From: a virus
Virus record (IMG/VR): IMGVR_UViG_3300027973_000032
Location: 46,289-110,288 of that record
Direction: 5' to 3' (one strand)
Length of the DNA: 64,000 nucleotides
The notes beneath the pieces are model-generated. The model did no database searches, was not told the DNA's origin, and worked only from the letters and a program-made list of their open reading frames with translations. Position 1 is the stretch's first letter. Every line of letters starts with the position of its first letter. This document shows, piece after piece, positions 47,404 to 57,738 of this stretch. The position numbers and the translations under genes are program-made.

Positions 47404-48246
47404 TTAATTTATTCCTGTAATTTTTTCTAATTGATTTATTATATGATCTGTTAAAAAACTATATTCTGTATAATGGAATAAGCCTTGTTGTTGATAATTG
47501 CCTATTTTAAGTTCACATTTTTTGTCAAAATATGCCCCAATGCTATCCTGCCAAGATTCAGTTGGGCTCTCCCAATTTTGAATCATGGGCTTCATATGAG
47601 TAAAAGTTATAGGTGCATTTTTATGACTAACTAGATTTTCGCAATCTAAAATTTTGGCAGCTAAACTAACAGTTACATCCATACTGGGCAATTTAGGATA
47701 ATTTACATTAACATAACGCCCATAAAACAATTCCCAATTATTACTGATATCTTCGACCCAATTAAAATATTCTTTTGCATAATCGCTCTTTTTAAAATAA
47801 GCAGCACCAAAGTAAAAGTTTGGTAAGTTATTACTATCAAATGTTTTTCTGTAATATCTCCCAGTTATAATTTTTCCTCTGTAGTCTAATACATTACTGG
47901 TTAAAAATACGTCATAATCTTTTAAATATTCCCACCAAATATCCAAGTTAGAAAACGCCAACATGTCTGCATCCAATACAATAGTTTCGTCATATGGACT
48001 ACAATGATAGAGTTTCCATCTATCTTCTGTTTTAAAAAATGTAGTTGTTTTATTTCTATCACGCCATGGGACTGGGACAATTTGATCGAATACTAAACGA
48101 TATTTTTCAGGAACTTTATTGTCAGTGACCAAACTTATGTTACTATCAGGCATATGATTTTTTATACTCAATGCTAATGCATAAGCAGATCTTGTATACT
48201 TTTTTAACTTGGCATCCTCAGCGAATATCAAAAATCCTTTAGACAT
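47404..48246 (-). CDS. GT8-like glycosyltransferase
   Basis: MSKGFLI, SPYDETIVLDAD, FTHMK. Confidence 0.72.
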   Translation of the reverse strand: MSKGFLIFAEDAKLKKYTRSAYALALSIKNHMPDSNISLVTDNKVPEKYRLVFDQIVPVPWRDRNKTTTFFKTEDRWKLYHCSPYDETIVLDADMLAFSNLDIWWEYLKDYDVFLTSNVLDYRGKIITGRYYRKTFDSNNLPNFYFGAAYFKKSDYAKEYFNWVEDISNNWELFYGRYVNVNYPKLPSMDVTVSLAAKILDCENLVSHKNAPITFTHMKPMIQNWESPTESWQDSIGAYFDKKCELKIGNYQQQGLFHYTEYSFLTDHIINQLEKITGIN

Positions 48247-49894
48247 TTAGTTCCTCATTTAATATTCTGCTTATACTAAATTTATTCATTACATGCACAT
48301 TAATACTCTTAGTTTTCATTAATGTATATTCACCTCGATATTTTTCTTTTTCAATTAAAAATTTCATCTCAGTATCTTCATGTTCAAGTAATATGTCTTT
48401 GTCAATGGTATAGTATAATTTTCCTGGCAGATCATGGGACCATGTGCCATTTTGATATCCATTCATGACATGTATAGCGATACTAAAAGCAAAGTCATTT
48501 CTATATAACCCTTGCTCAATTTGATAGATATATCTATAATAATTCCAGTTTTCTTGTATATGTCCTAGGTAATTAAAAAAGATTTCTGTATTTTTATTTT
48601 TTCTAAAAAAGAACACAGTGGCCCAATAGAAGTCAATGCTTTTATCGCTTAAAGTAATTAATCTTGGGTCATACCTATAACCACTAAGATCTACTGCCTG
48701 TTTATGTATTAAAAAATCATGGGGCTGTTGCCAGCAATATTTTAATATATCGTTATTGATTAAGTAGTCGCAATCAATAACCAAAGTTTCATCAAATGGA
48801 CTCAATTCAAAACTTTTAATACGAATATCATTTTTAAATCTTAGTTTTTTATGAGTCATCGCACCATCAAAATATTGACGATATTGTGGAGCAGAATCAT
48901 ATACTAAAAATCTTTCTTTGGTATTTTCCCACAAATCATATCTAATTTTATCTTTAGTGTTATTATGTGCAAGATCATAATTTATTAATGATATCCATAA
49001 AACTCTTTCATGAAATAATATATCACCTTTGGTAAATTTAGTTTGCTGCGTTAATTCCTTGACATTTTCTAAAACAACGTCATATTGGTCTAGGCTAAAT
49101 TTTTCTTTTTCCTCATATTCATTATGGCATCTATATAAAGTGTTTTCATACCAAACGTGTTGGCCTACCAAATAGGGTAAATTAGGATACCATTTATCAA
49201 TGTCAATACCTTCATAAACTCTAATAAAATTATCCTCAATTTTATAAGTTTTTTGAATATTAGTATTGCTTGCAGATATTTTATCAATTTTACTCATCCA
49301 TAAAGTACGATTAAACAGAACAATATCACCTTTAATTATTTCTTCAATGACTTCGCTATCTCGAACACGATCAATTAATGAAATATATTTGTCTTTACTA
49401 AATATTTCTCCTTCAGTATATTGTATAGCACATCTATATAACGTGTTTTCATACCAAACGTGTTGGCCTACCAAGTAAGGCAAGTTTGGGTACCATTTGT
49501 CGATGTCAATGCCTTCATAAACTGGTTCAAAGTCTTCTTGATTAAAAGTGTAAACTTCTTTCTCAGCGACTTCAACAACTTCAAGAACTTCAAGAACTTC
49601 AGGACCTTCGTTAATTTTGTGCCATATAGTACCATTATAAAAAGCCAAACTGTTTACAGGATATTGCCAGGTCGATGTCCAAGGCTGTACTTCCGCATCT
49701 TGAACAACTTTTATGACCATGTCAACGTCGTCTTTATAATTGGGATATTGTTGATATAACCAATCAGCACTATCTGTGACTAAGGCTACAGGCACACCTA
49801 AGTACTGTTTTACTCGTCTCGCAGCATTTAACGCCAATTTAGCATAGTCAATCTGCTCATTGTTTAGAGCATAGATTAGAACTCCTTTGCTCAT
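48239..49894 (-). CDS. GT8-like glycosyltransferase with inserted CBM5/12-like repeats
   Basis: MSKGVLI, SPFDETLVIDCD, RND; duplicated WYPNLPYLVGQHVWYENTLYRC. Confidence 0.72.
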   Translation of the reverse strand: MSKGVLIYALNNEQIDYAKLALNAARRVKQYLGVPVALVTDSADWLYQQYPNYKDDVDMVIKVVQDAEVQPWTSTWQYPVNSLAFYNGTIWHKINEGPEVLEVLEVVEVAEKEVYTFNQEDFEPVYEGIDIDKWYPNLPYLVGQHVWYENTLYRCAIQYTEGEIFSKDKYISLIDRVRDSEVIEEIIKGDIVLFNRTLWMSKIDKISASNTNIQKTYKIEDNFIRVYEGIDIDKWYPNLPYLVGQHVWYENTLYRCHNEYEEKEKFSLDQYDVVLENVKELTQQTKFTKGDILFHERVLWISLINYDLAHNNTKDKIRYDLWENTKERFLVYDSAPQYRQYFDGAMTHKKLRFKNDIRIKSFELSPFDETLVIDCDYLINNDILKYCWQQPHDFLIHKQAVDLSGYRYDPRLITLSDKSIDFYWATVFFFRKNKNTEIFFNYLGHIQENWNYYRYIYQIEQGLYRNDFAFSIAIHVMNGYQNGTWSHDLPGKLYYTIDKDILLEHEDTEMKFLIEKEKYRGEYTLMKTKSINVHVMNKFSISRILNEELNV

Positions 49895-50238
49895 TGAGTC
49901 AATGCCTCTACGCTTCTATTCTTTTTAAGAAGTTGATAATCGTTATAATAACTGTTTGAAGCAATAAAATATTGATCAATTACATCATCTAAAAATTTTT
50001 GTAAATCACTTACTCTAACAGGCAAGTCATTATCATCAATCACAACTACATCAGTAGTATTGCCCATGTCTATTAGTGTTTTAAGAAAAGTAATGAGATC
50101 TTTGGTAATTGTAAATGTACCACCATTTTGGTAGTATACACAATCAGTATGATATTTTTCTTTTAGAGATCTTTTTTGATTATTTAGAGTTACCATAAAA
50201 TTGGCAAACTCTAGAGCCTTTTCCAGTCTTTCGTCCAT
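49891..50238 (-). CDS. Conserved hypothetical protein
   Basis: MDERLEKALEFANF; AGGAG RBS. Confidence 0.75.
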   Translation of the reverse strand: MDERLEKALEFANFMVTLNNQKRSLKEKYHTDCVYYQNGGTFTITKDLITFLKTLIDMGNTTDVVVIDDNDLPVRVSDLQKFLDDVIDQYFIASNSYYNDYQLLKKNRSVEALTQ

Positions 50239-50291
50239 AGAAACTCCTGCATTGTATATTAATTATCTGCTAGGAGTTGGTGTTAGAAAAT

Positions 50292-51104
50292 TTATGGACC
50301 GCTAGTAGTAGTTACTGTGGGCGCTGTCACTGATACATAAGAACCAGTGGCACGATAATGACTTACAGTGCTGGTAGTTGTTCCATCAACGTCTTCGTCA
50401 ATGTTACCAGTTGAACCTGTGTCTGCAAATGTCATAGTTAAATAAAGATTAGTAGAGTCTGCTCTAGCCTGTACCCTAAAAATATTTCCAGAATAAGTAC
50501 CAGTATCTGTAAAAGTAGTTATTGTTTGATCACTACCAGTCATAGCCGCCCAATTTGAGTAGTTAAACGTCACTGTACTAAAAATAGCAGCCCATCTTCC
50601 GCCTTTTGAAACAGAGCTAGTATAGCCAGTTTGACTGGGTATAATTTTTATTGTACTACCACTATTGAAAAAATATCTTGCCGCATCTGCAGATGCAAAT
50701 GTCACTCTTACAGCATGAGTTCTTGTTCCATTCCAATTAGTAAAAGTTGGATTTACTCCAACAGTTTCTGTTGCTTGAGCACTGCTTAATGTAAATTTAT
50801 TAGTTTGTAACGTAGTTGCTTGACTAGAGTAAGTGCTCCAATCACTGGCCGTAATACTGCCCCCAACTGACACACTAGGAGCTGTGCTTGCTGCATTAGT
50901 TTGATGGTAGGAAATTTTATCCAAATCAGTTTTTAAATTTTGCATTTGACTGGCTGTTATGGTGTTGTCTGCTGCTACTTGACTACTAGTTACTGATTGT
51001 CCATAACCTGATTGGCCACTGCCAGACCCCAACACTGTAGACACTATGGTCTGTATTGCGTTATAATCTGATGCTAAAATTGTATTGCCGGCGCCAATGG
51101 TCAT
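50292..51104 (-). CDS. Virion structural protein (tail/baseplate associated)
   Basis: Thr/Ser/Gly-rich; GYGQ; ARYFFNSG; AGAGG RBS with ATAAATA upstream. Confidence 0.7.
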   Translation of the reverse strand: MTIGAGNTILASDYNAIQTIVSTVLGSGSGQSGYGQSVTSSQVAADNTITASQMQNLKTDLDKISYHQTNAASTAPSVSVGGSITASDWSTYSSQATTLQTNKFTLSSAQATETVGVNPTFTNWNGTRTHAVRVTFASADAARYFFNSGSTIKIIPSQTGYTSSVSKGGRWAAIFSTVTFNYSNWAAMTGSDQTITTFTDTGTYSGNIFRVQARADSTNLYLTMTFADTGSTGNIDEDVDGTTTSTVSHYRATGSYVSVTAPTVTTTSGP

Positions 51105-51122
51105 TTTTATTCCTCTCGTTAT

Positions 51123-52982
51123 TTATAGTATTAAACACTCTACTAATTTAATACCAGCTTCAACATTAGTTTCCAATGCAATAGCAAATGCGTCATTGTG
51201 ATTACCAAATGCCTGCGCTGTACCATTAGGAGCTGCTACTAATCTTTGTCCTTTGATGACACTGCCTGCAACTTTAACTGGCACACGGCCTTTCAGCGCA
51301 ACTGCTACCCCGCCCTCTAATTCATTATTCATCAAATAAGCTGGACTTTCAGACACAACACCTACAGCACGAAATCCTGTTTGTGCTGCTGTAACTTCTT
51401 TTTCTCCGCCTACCATTAACACAGTGCCAACATCATAATTGGCATCTGGCAAGTATTTTTCTGCCAAGTCTGCATATTTTGCTGATGTTGATACACCACT
51501 AAAAATGGCACATCTTAATGTGTTTGTGTTTGGATTATAGGTAAATCTGTCATCATCAACTCTTAGTGTTTCACTACTAGTTTTGCCACTGGTAAATGTA
51601 ACATAATAATCAGCATTGGTGTCTGTGGTATTAGTAACACTGATACTGGTAGCTTGTCCTACGTTAAATAAGGCGCTTAATGATGTCCAAGTTGGTAATC
51701 CATTCTTAACTGCCAACACTTGATCTGTTGAGCCAATAGTTAAAAAGTTTGTTAAATTCTGTGAACTTTGATAAACAAGTGATCCAGTAGCACCACCACT
51801 GATTGTGCTAGTAGCGTCTACAAGACCAATAAATCTACGGGCTGTGATATCACCGTTACCATCCCTGACTGTTACAGTATTAACTGTTGCCGCTGTTGCC
51901 GCAGCTCTATAAGTTCCGCCGACATTTAACAGATCTGCTCTACTGGCAGTGCCGCTAAGATCACCATTAAAATTAACTGCATAAATATTGCTAAATTTAT
52001 TATCACTTGACCCTATAGTACTATATTCAGAACCAGGTAATAGTGCTAACCCTTGTAATTTAATTGGGGTTTTTTCAGTTGCTCCCCCACCTAAAACATT
52101 GACGGTAGTTTTAAAAATTATAGGTTTGTCAGCTGAATTGTTCTTGATAACAGCGTTGGTATTATCAATAAAAACTGCTAAGTCGTTGTTATTCCCAACA
52201 GTAAATCCTGGATCAAGAAATCTTGTAAGATTAACAAAACTAGGAGTGCCTACTTTGACAAAGTCGTTAGCTGTTAATAAAGTTGATCCGTTGCTGTCAA
52301 CAATTCCTTTGGCTGCACTGGCTGTGCCCCAATAAACATAATCATTAGAACTAATCCCACTATTACTAGGAGTATTGGCTAAAGTGATACCCTTTTTAAT
52401 TGTAGTGAATACTCTTTGAGTATTTTCAACAAGATCAACATCTAGCAGAGCAATATCTGTTGGTAGATTGAATGTTGTTTTACTTATGATAAAAACAACT
52501 TTGCCATCAATAATGCCTTTGATGATTGGATGCGGATCGCCTTGATCATCATCAACGCTAGTACTCTTAAGTTCAGTAGTTTGTGCATTTTGTACGGCCT
52601 GTGGCCCAATAAGCACAAAGTTATCGTCTCCAGAACAGCTATACAATTGATTTGTATCAGTGTTATACCAAAAATCGCCCACCGATAACCCGCTTGGTTT
52701 TAGTGCTCCTATTTCAGTTCCGCCTGCACTTTTGAATTTATTGCCATCAAAAAACTTTAATTTTTTAACACGAGTATCGTACCAAATTTGACCTGTGATT
52801 TTTCTAGGTGGTTCAGTGCCACTGGCAAAATTTTCTAAAAGATGCACTAGATTTTCATTTTGAACTTCGCCATACCCAGCGTAATTTCTTCCAATTAGAC
52901 TGATGTCTAATGTATTATCCACAGTGCCGTCTTCTACAACTGCAACCAGTGTACCATCATATTTGTTAATATTATATGGCAT
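51123..52982 (-). CDS. Tail fibre/baseplate protein with a C-terminal chaperone-like domain
   Basis: N-terminal GRNYAGYGE..NEN..HLLENFA...GQIWYD; C-terminal ADLAEKY...VALKGRVPVKV. Confidence 0.8.
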   Translation of the reverse strand: MPYNINKYDGTLVAVVEDGTVDNTLDISLIGRNYAGYGEVQNENLVHLLENFASGTEPPRKITGQIWYDTRVKKLKFFDGNKFKSAGGTEIGALKPSGLSVGDFWYNTDTNQLYSCSGDDNFVLIGPQAVQNAQTTELKSTSVDDDQGDPHPIIKGIIDGKVVFIISKTTFNLPTDIALLDVDLVENTQRVFTTIKKGITLANTPSNSGISSNDYVYWGTASAAKGIVDSNGSTLLTANDFVKVGTPSFVNLTRFLDPGFTVGNNNDLAVFIDNTNAVIKNNSADKPIIFKTTVNVLGGGATEKTPIKLQGLALLPGSEYSTIGSSDNKFSNIYAVNFNGDLSGTASRADLLNVGGTYRAAATAATVNTVTVRDGNGDITARRFIGLVDATSTISGGATGSLVYQSSQNLTNFLTIGSTDQVLAVKNGLPTWTSLSALFNVGQATSISVTNTTDTNADYYVTFTSGKTSSETLRVDDDRFTYNPNTNTLRCAIFSGVSTSAKYADLAEKYLPDANYDVGTVLMVGGEKEVTAAQTGFRAVGVVSESPAYLMNNELEGGVAVALKGRVPVKVAGSVIKGQRLVAAPNGTAQAFGNHNDAFAIALETNVEAGIKLVECLIL

Positions 52983-53013
52983 TCCCTAAACCCCTTTAGA
53001 ATATTTATCAAAA

Positions 53014-55848
53014 TCAAGCATTATCGTAAACCCACCCTCTGGTTGCTCCAGTATATACTAAATTGAAAGCACGACCTGGAGTAGTAATATTAATATCATC
53101 AGTAGAAGCATTAATCAAATTACCATTTCTTCTAATAAACAATTGAGCTGCTAAACTAATACCAGTTTGGTCAATGAATCGAATTTCATCGCCCACTGCG
53201 GGCGTTAAAGGTAATGTTACTTGAATATTATTATTAAATCTAACTGTGTCTATTAGTAAACGATCCCCGGCCTTAGCTTCATAGTTAGCCCTAATCACTG
53301 TCCAAGCAAGTGTTAACTTGCCCGGGATATCAACTACTGTATCAGCATTACCAATATTAATAGTATCTACCTGAACTCCTGTGCCAGATCCGTTGTCAAC
53401 AAAAAGATTTGCAATATTTGTTAAAGATTTGATCTGACCTTGATCTAGTATGAAATCTTCTTGTACTTCAGCATTCCAAAGCACAGCGGTATTATTGTCA
53501 CCATAAATTCTTCCACTGAGGTATATGTCGCCCAAAATCCCTAATGCACGTGATGGACCATAAGTTCGTACTAGTTCCGAAGCAGTAACTATATCGTCAT
53601 TGTCCTTGAATAATAATCCTGCCCCACCAATACCACTGGCATTAGAATCAAGATTGGGCATTATTAAATTATTATTAACGGTCAAATTATGTTGAATTGT
53701 GACCATACCACCTTCTTGTAAATTGGCAATGTCCTCAATACGACCTATTCTAATTTGACTAGCTACTGCACCAATTTTTAAGTCAGTAACATACGTTGGA
53801 AACAAATCAAACTCAGTAGTAAATTGACCTACTGAGATTGTGCCCTTACTATTGACACCACGACCGTTGATTGTAATACTACCATTGATTTCTAAATTAT
53901 TCTTAATTAGGGTTTGACCAAAAGTATTCCCCATTTCAATGTTAAATGCAGCACCACCAATGGCCAGTGAAGTAACATTTTGGTTGAATATACTGGCTGT
54001 TCTAGTATCATCAGCGGAGCGTATGTCAGCTGATGATCCACCAGTTAAAGACTTTCCTTCAATTACAATATCGCCATCAAAATAAGCCGAAGCATTACGA
54101 ATACGCAGTCGTCCTGTGGAATCCCCAATAACTATGTTGTCAGCTTTGCCACCTAAATATATGTTTTTAGTTTTAGTATCAAAAACATACATAGTTTCTG
54201 TTTTAGCTTTTAAGTAGGCTGGAGTACTGTCGTCATATCCTATGAATACTTGACCAATGACATTTAAATCGTTATTAACATAGGTATCCCCTGTTACAGC
54301 GCCTATAGTAATAAAAGTAGCTTCTCCACCAAAATATATATTTTCTACAGTATCTGGTAAAAAGTTAAAATATAACCCTGCTGGATTTGATGTAGTAATT
54401 TCAGCAGTTCCTGCCACATCAAAAATCAATTTTTTCTGTAAAATTAAGTCTTGTTTAGCCAATGCATCAGTGCTAAATTCAATAGAATTAGTAGCATCTA
54501 AAATTAAGTTGCCTGAAGTAGATCTAACAGTATTGCCTTTAATTAAAACGTTGGTAGATTGAATCTCGTTAGAAACAGTAAGACGATTCTGTATATCTAC
54601 ATCGTTTTTAAATTTAGATATACCAGTAGCACTACCAATGTTTATGGTATTAGTAACAGCACCTAAATTAATTGTCTTAACTGTGGTGTTAAAAAGATTA
54701 AAATTAGTCAATGTAGTGTTTAAACTGCCGCCATCAATATTGACGTTTTGAGTTACGCTTAAATCATTATTGATCTTAGTTGTGCCAGTGCCGGCACCAA
54801 TATTAACTTCTGTAGCAGCACCAGCAAAATTCACTGCGGTTGCTGTGGTATTAACAATGCCAATAGAACTGCTATTAGTTACAATGTTGTTACGGAAATT
54901 AGCATCACCAGCAACATCAAATGTGCTTACTGGGTTTGAATTATAAATGCCCACTCTGCTTCTGGTTGCATCAATATAGATTGCATTCCTAGATCCAGAA
55001 TTATTTTTTACATTTACCGCCAAGTCTGAATTTTGAATATTACTTTTAAGCGTGGTTAGATTAGATGCTAACTCAAATGTTAAATTATTAGATGCGCCCA
55101 ATGTCAACGGTGTATTACTGACAATGGTCAATGAGCCGTTAATAAAACTATTTCCAGTTGTCTGAACAAAGTTACTGACGTTAATAACATTGCCAAATGC
55201 ATCAATTAAGTTTTGCGCACTTAATGCTGTGCCATAAAACCCAAATCCTGTAATTGCTGGGGTAAATCCTTTTCTAATAACTCCGGTTATGCCTTCGTTT
55301 TGTAAAATGCGTCCGGTTGAAGTTAGATAGTTTGGAGTAAATGTGTCTTTACTGAATACACCTAAGAGAGCATCACCAATTTTTAATTTGATTAAAGTTT
55401 TTGTTACACCACCAACATCAGTTATGTTAATAATTTCGTTACCAGAAACACCTTGTTGTGCTGTGTAAATAGGGCCTGCTAGTCTTGTACCTTGACCATC
55501 ATTAAAATACAACTGTCTTCTTAAACTGTCAATCCAAATATCACCAGGACTTAAAGAGGGTTCGACGCTGCTGACCTGTGGTCTATTTGGTTCTTTAAAG
55601 ATGCTACCATTAAAAATTCTAATTTTTTCTTCACTAGTGTCATACCATATCTGCCCTTTAATGGGAGCTTTTGGTGCAGTTGTGCTGGCAAAGTTTTCTA
55701 ATAATTTAATAAAATTTTGATTAAATTCTAAGCCATAATTGTTAGTGCTTTTGCCTACCAGTGTTAAGTCAGTAGATATTTTGTCTACACTGTTATCTAA
55801 GATATCAGCTAATACACTTCCGTCAGTTTTAATTATAGTATATGGCAT
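53014..55848 (-). CDS. Long tail fibre-like protein
   Basis: Same N-terminal module; repeated [TS]xxxN[IL]GGAAxxIxIG units; C-terminal VTLP.P..GD.I.F.D...GW domain. Confidence 0.8.
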   Translation of the reverse strand: MPYTIIKTDGSVLADILDNSVDKISTDLTLVGKSTNNYGLEFNQNFIKLLENFASTTAPKAPIKGQIWYDTSEEKIRIFNGSIFKEPNRPQVSSVEPSLSPGDIWIDSLRRQLYFNDGQGTRLAGPIYTAQQGVSGNEIINITDVGGVTKTLIKLKIGDALLGVFSKDTFTPNYLTSTGRILQNEGITGVIRKGFTPAITGFGFYGTALSAQNLIDAFGNVINVSNFVQTTGNSFINGSLTIVSNTPLTLGASNNLTFELASNLTTLKSNIQNSDLAVNVKNNSGSRNAIYIDATRSRVGIYNSNPVSTFDVAGDANFRNNIVTNSSSIGIVNTTATAVNFAGAATEVNIGAGTGTTKINNDLSVTQNVNIDGGSLNTTLTNFNLFNTTVKTINLGAVTNTINIGSATGISKFKNDVDIQNRLTVSNEIQSTNVLIKGNTVRSTSGNLILDATNSIEFSTDALAKQDLILQKKLIFDVAGTAEITTSNPAGLYFNFLPDTVENIYFGGEATFITIGAVTGDTYVNNDLNVIGQVFIGYDDSTPAYLKAKTETMYVFDTKTKNIYLGGKADNIVIGDSTGRLRIRNASAYFDGDIVIEGKSLTGGSSADIRSADDTRTASIFNQNVTSLAIGGAAFNIEMGNTFGQTLIKNNLEINGSITINGRGVNSKGTISVGQFTTEFDLFPTYVTDLKIGAVASQIRIGRIEDIANLQEGGMVTIQHNLTVNNNLIMPNLDSNASGIGGAGLLFKDNDDIVTASELVRTYGPSRALGILGDIYLSGRIYGDNNTAVLWNAEVQEDFILDQGQIKSLTNIANLFVDNGSGTGVQVDTINIGNADTVVDIPGKLTLAWTVIRANYEAKAGDRLLIDTVRFNNNIQVTLPLTPAVGDEIRFIDQTGISLAAQLFIRRNGNLINASTDDINITTPGRAFNLVYTGATRGWVYDNA

Positions 55849-57737
55849 TATGCAAACCTACCAGTAAAAATTATAAATTTTAAGTTGTTTAATGGATTAT
55901 TATCAACAATATTCAATGGGCCGCCAAGATTAGGTTTAATATTAGGACTACTATTACTGAGGTTGGGCAATTTAAATACTGGAATACCGTCTCGAATAGT
56001 TTCGTTGTCTGCCGTATATTCATGACCTATTGTTGAAAACAAATCTGAATACAAACTTTGCGGCAATGCTGTGCCATCACAAATTAAATAACCAGGCGGA
56101 ATAGCAGCAGTTGGTTTGCCAGCCCAAATTGTTATTGTGCCTACTGGTACTAATGGTAAAGAATTAAGTAAGCTATTTTTAGAAATTTTACTTAATTGTC
56201 TACTACCATTTGATTCCCTACTAACTAGAAATAAATCAGTGCTAATTAAACTGGTTATTTCAGGTTTATTAGCAATCATATCTGGAGTTAATGAGATTGT
56301 CATCAAACTAGGATCTAATGTATTCAAATATAGTATATTTTCAGTATTGGTTAATTTAATATCGCCAGTAAATTTAATACCTATGCCGTTGGTTAATTTA
56401 TTGGCAAACTCAGATATTCCATTAAAAGTATCACCAGTTATCGTAGTTGCATTTATTATAGGTGCAGTAATATTATTTGCCCAAATATTATTCCATTTAT
56501 TTGCTTGCGAGCCTAAATTTGCTTGTGAGGTCGAAGCATTAGGTTCAATTTTTGGTAAAATATTAGCCATTGTGCTAGTTTCGTCAACATAAAGATTTCT
56601 ACCAACAAAAAGTGATAATTTAATTTTTGCGCCACCTTCCGTATATATGCTTGGGTAATTTGGTGCTAGAACATCACTGTTATTAGTGCCGTTAATAATC
56701 AATGATTCATTAGAGGTTATGCTGCCATTTACATCTAAACTTTGAGTAGGGGCAGTGTTATTGATACCTACCCTTCCAGTTCTAGTGTTTACTAATCCAG
56801 AGTCAATAGTAAAAATAGTTTCTGCAAATAATGATTTTTGAATTTTAAAATTTATTTTAGAGCCAGTATTTTTATTAAAAATTACACTGGTGCCATTGTC
56901 AACGCCCAAGCTTAATGATAAGTCAGTGCCTATTACTAGGCCATTGTCATTTCTAATATTAAATCCGTATTTTGTCACACTGACCTGATCAGATCTAAGA
57001 AAATTACTAGCATCAACAACTGTGTCGCCTACGATCAATGATTCTGCTTTTTCGCTAGTGCCCCAAAATTTAACTCCCTTTGCGTTAGTTTGCGGGATAC
57101 TGGAGTTTAAATTCAGCCCTTGTTTAATTATAGGAAATCCTTGCTGAACTGCTTTGGGTGTAAATTCTCTATCACTGACAATGGCCACTCTACTATTTTT
57201 AACATATAATCCCAATACTGGTCTTGTCGTATTGTCAGCAGCATCTATGATCAAATCAACTTCAGCAGTGGTTTTTTCTCCCTCATTATATTTTGGCCCA
57301 ATTAATTGCCAAGGAAAACTGCCAAATCCCGTATAGATATACAGTTGTTTTCTAGTAGTATCAACATAAAAATCGCCTAGATTAAATCCAGCAATAGGAC
57401 CTATAGGAGCACTGGCTGATTTTTTTACAATGCCTAGTTGTACCCAAGTTGTTCCATCAAATACCTTTAATCCTCTGCCTAAATTATCATTTAATGAGTT
57501 GTACCAAAGTTGACCTTTCACTGGGTTTACTGGGCCAGAGCTTATATCTGAATTGGAATTCTTAGCAGGACTAGAAAAATTTTCTAATAAATGTAAAAAG
57601 TTTTCACCAATAATCTGCGTGTATCCCGTGTAATTTCTACCTATAAAAGTTAGGCTGGTATCTGTATTCGTGCCTTGATCTGGCACTGTATATACATGGT
57701 CTAGAGCAGTATTACTTATGGGGGTAGTATTTGCCAT
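55848..57737 (-). CDS. Tail fibre protein with a C-terminal tail-collar domain
   Basis: Same N-terminal module; PVGTITIWAG...PPGYLICDG...LFSTIG...FKLPNL. Confidence 0.85.
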   Translation of the reverse strand: MANTTPISNTALDHVYTVPDQGTNTDTSLTFIGRNYTGYTQIIGENFLHLLENFSSPAKNSNSDISSGPVNPVKGQLWYNSLNDNLGRGLKVFDGTTWVQLGIVKKSASAPIGPIAGFNLGDFYVDTTRKQLYIYTGFGSFPWQLIGPKYNEGEKTTAEVDLIIDAADNTTRPVLGLYVKNSRVAIVSDREFTPKAVQQGFPIIKQGLNLNSSIPQTNAKGVKFWGTSEKAESLIVGDTVVDASNFLRSDQVSVTKYGFNIRNDNGLVIGTDLSLSLGVDNGTSVIFNKNTGSKINFKIQKSLFAETIFTIDSGLVNTRTGRVGINNTAPTQSLDVNGSITSNESLIINGTNNSDVLAPNYPSIYTEGGAKIKLSLFVGRNLYVDETSTMANILPKIEPNASTSQANLGSQANKWNNIWANNITAPIINATTITGDTFNGISEFANKLTNGIGIKFTGDIKLTNTENILYLNTLDPSLMTISLTPDMIANKPEITSLISTDLFLVSRESNGSRQLSKISKNSLLNSLPLVPVGTITIWAGKPTAAIPPGYLICDGTALPQSLYSDLFSTIGHEYTADNETIRDGIPVFKLPNLSNSSPNIKPNLGGPLNIVDNNPLNNLKFIIFTGRFA

Positions 57738-57738
57738 A

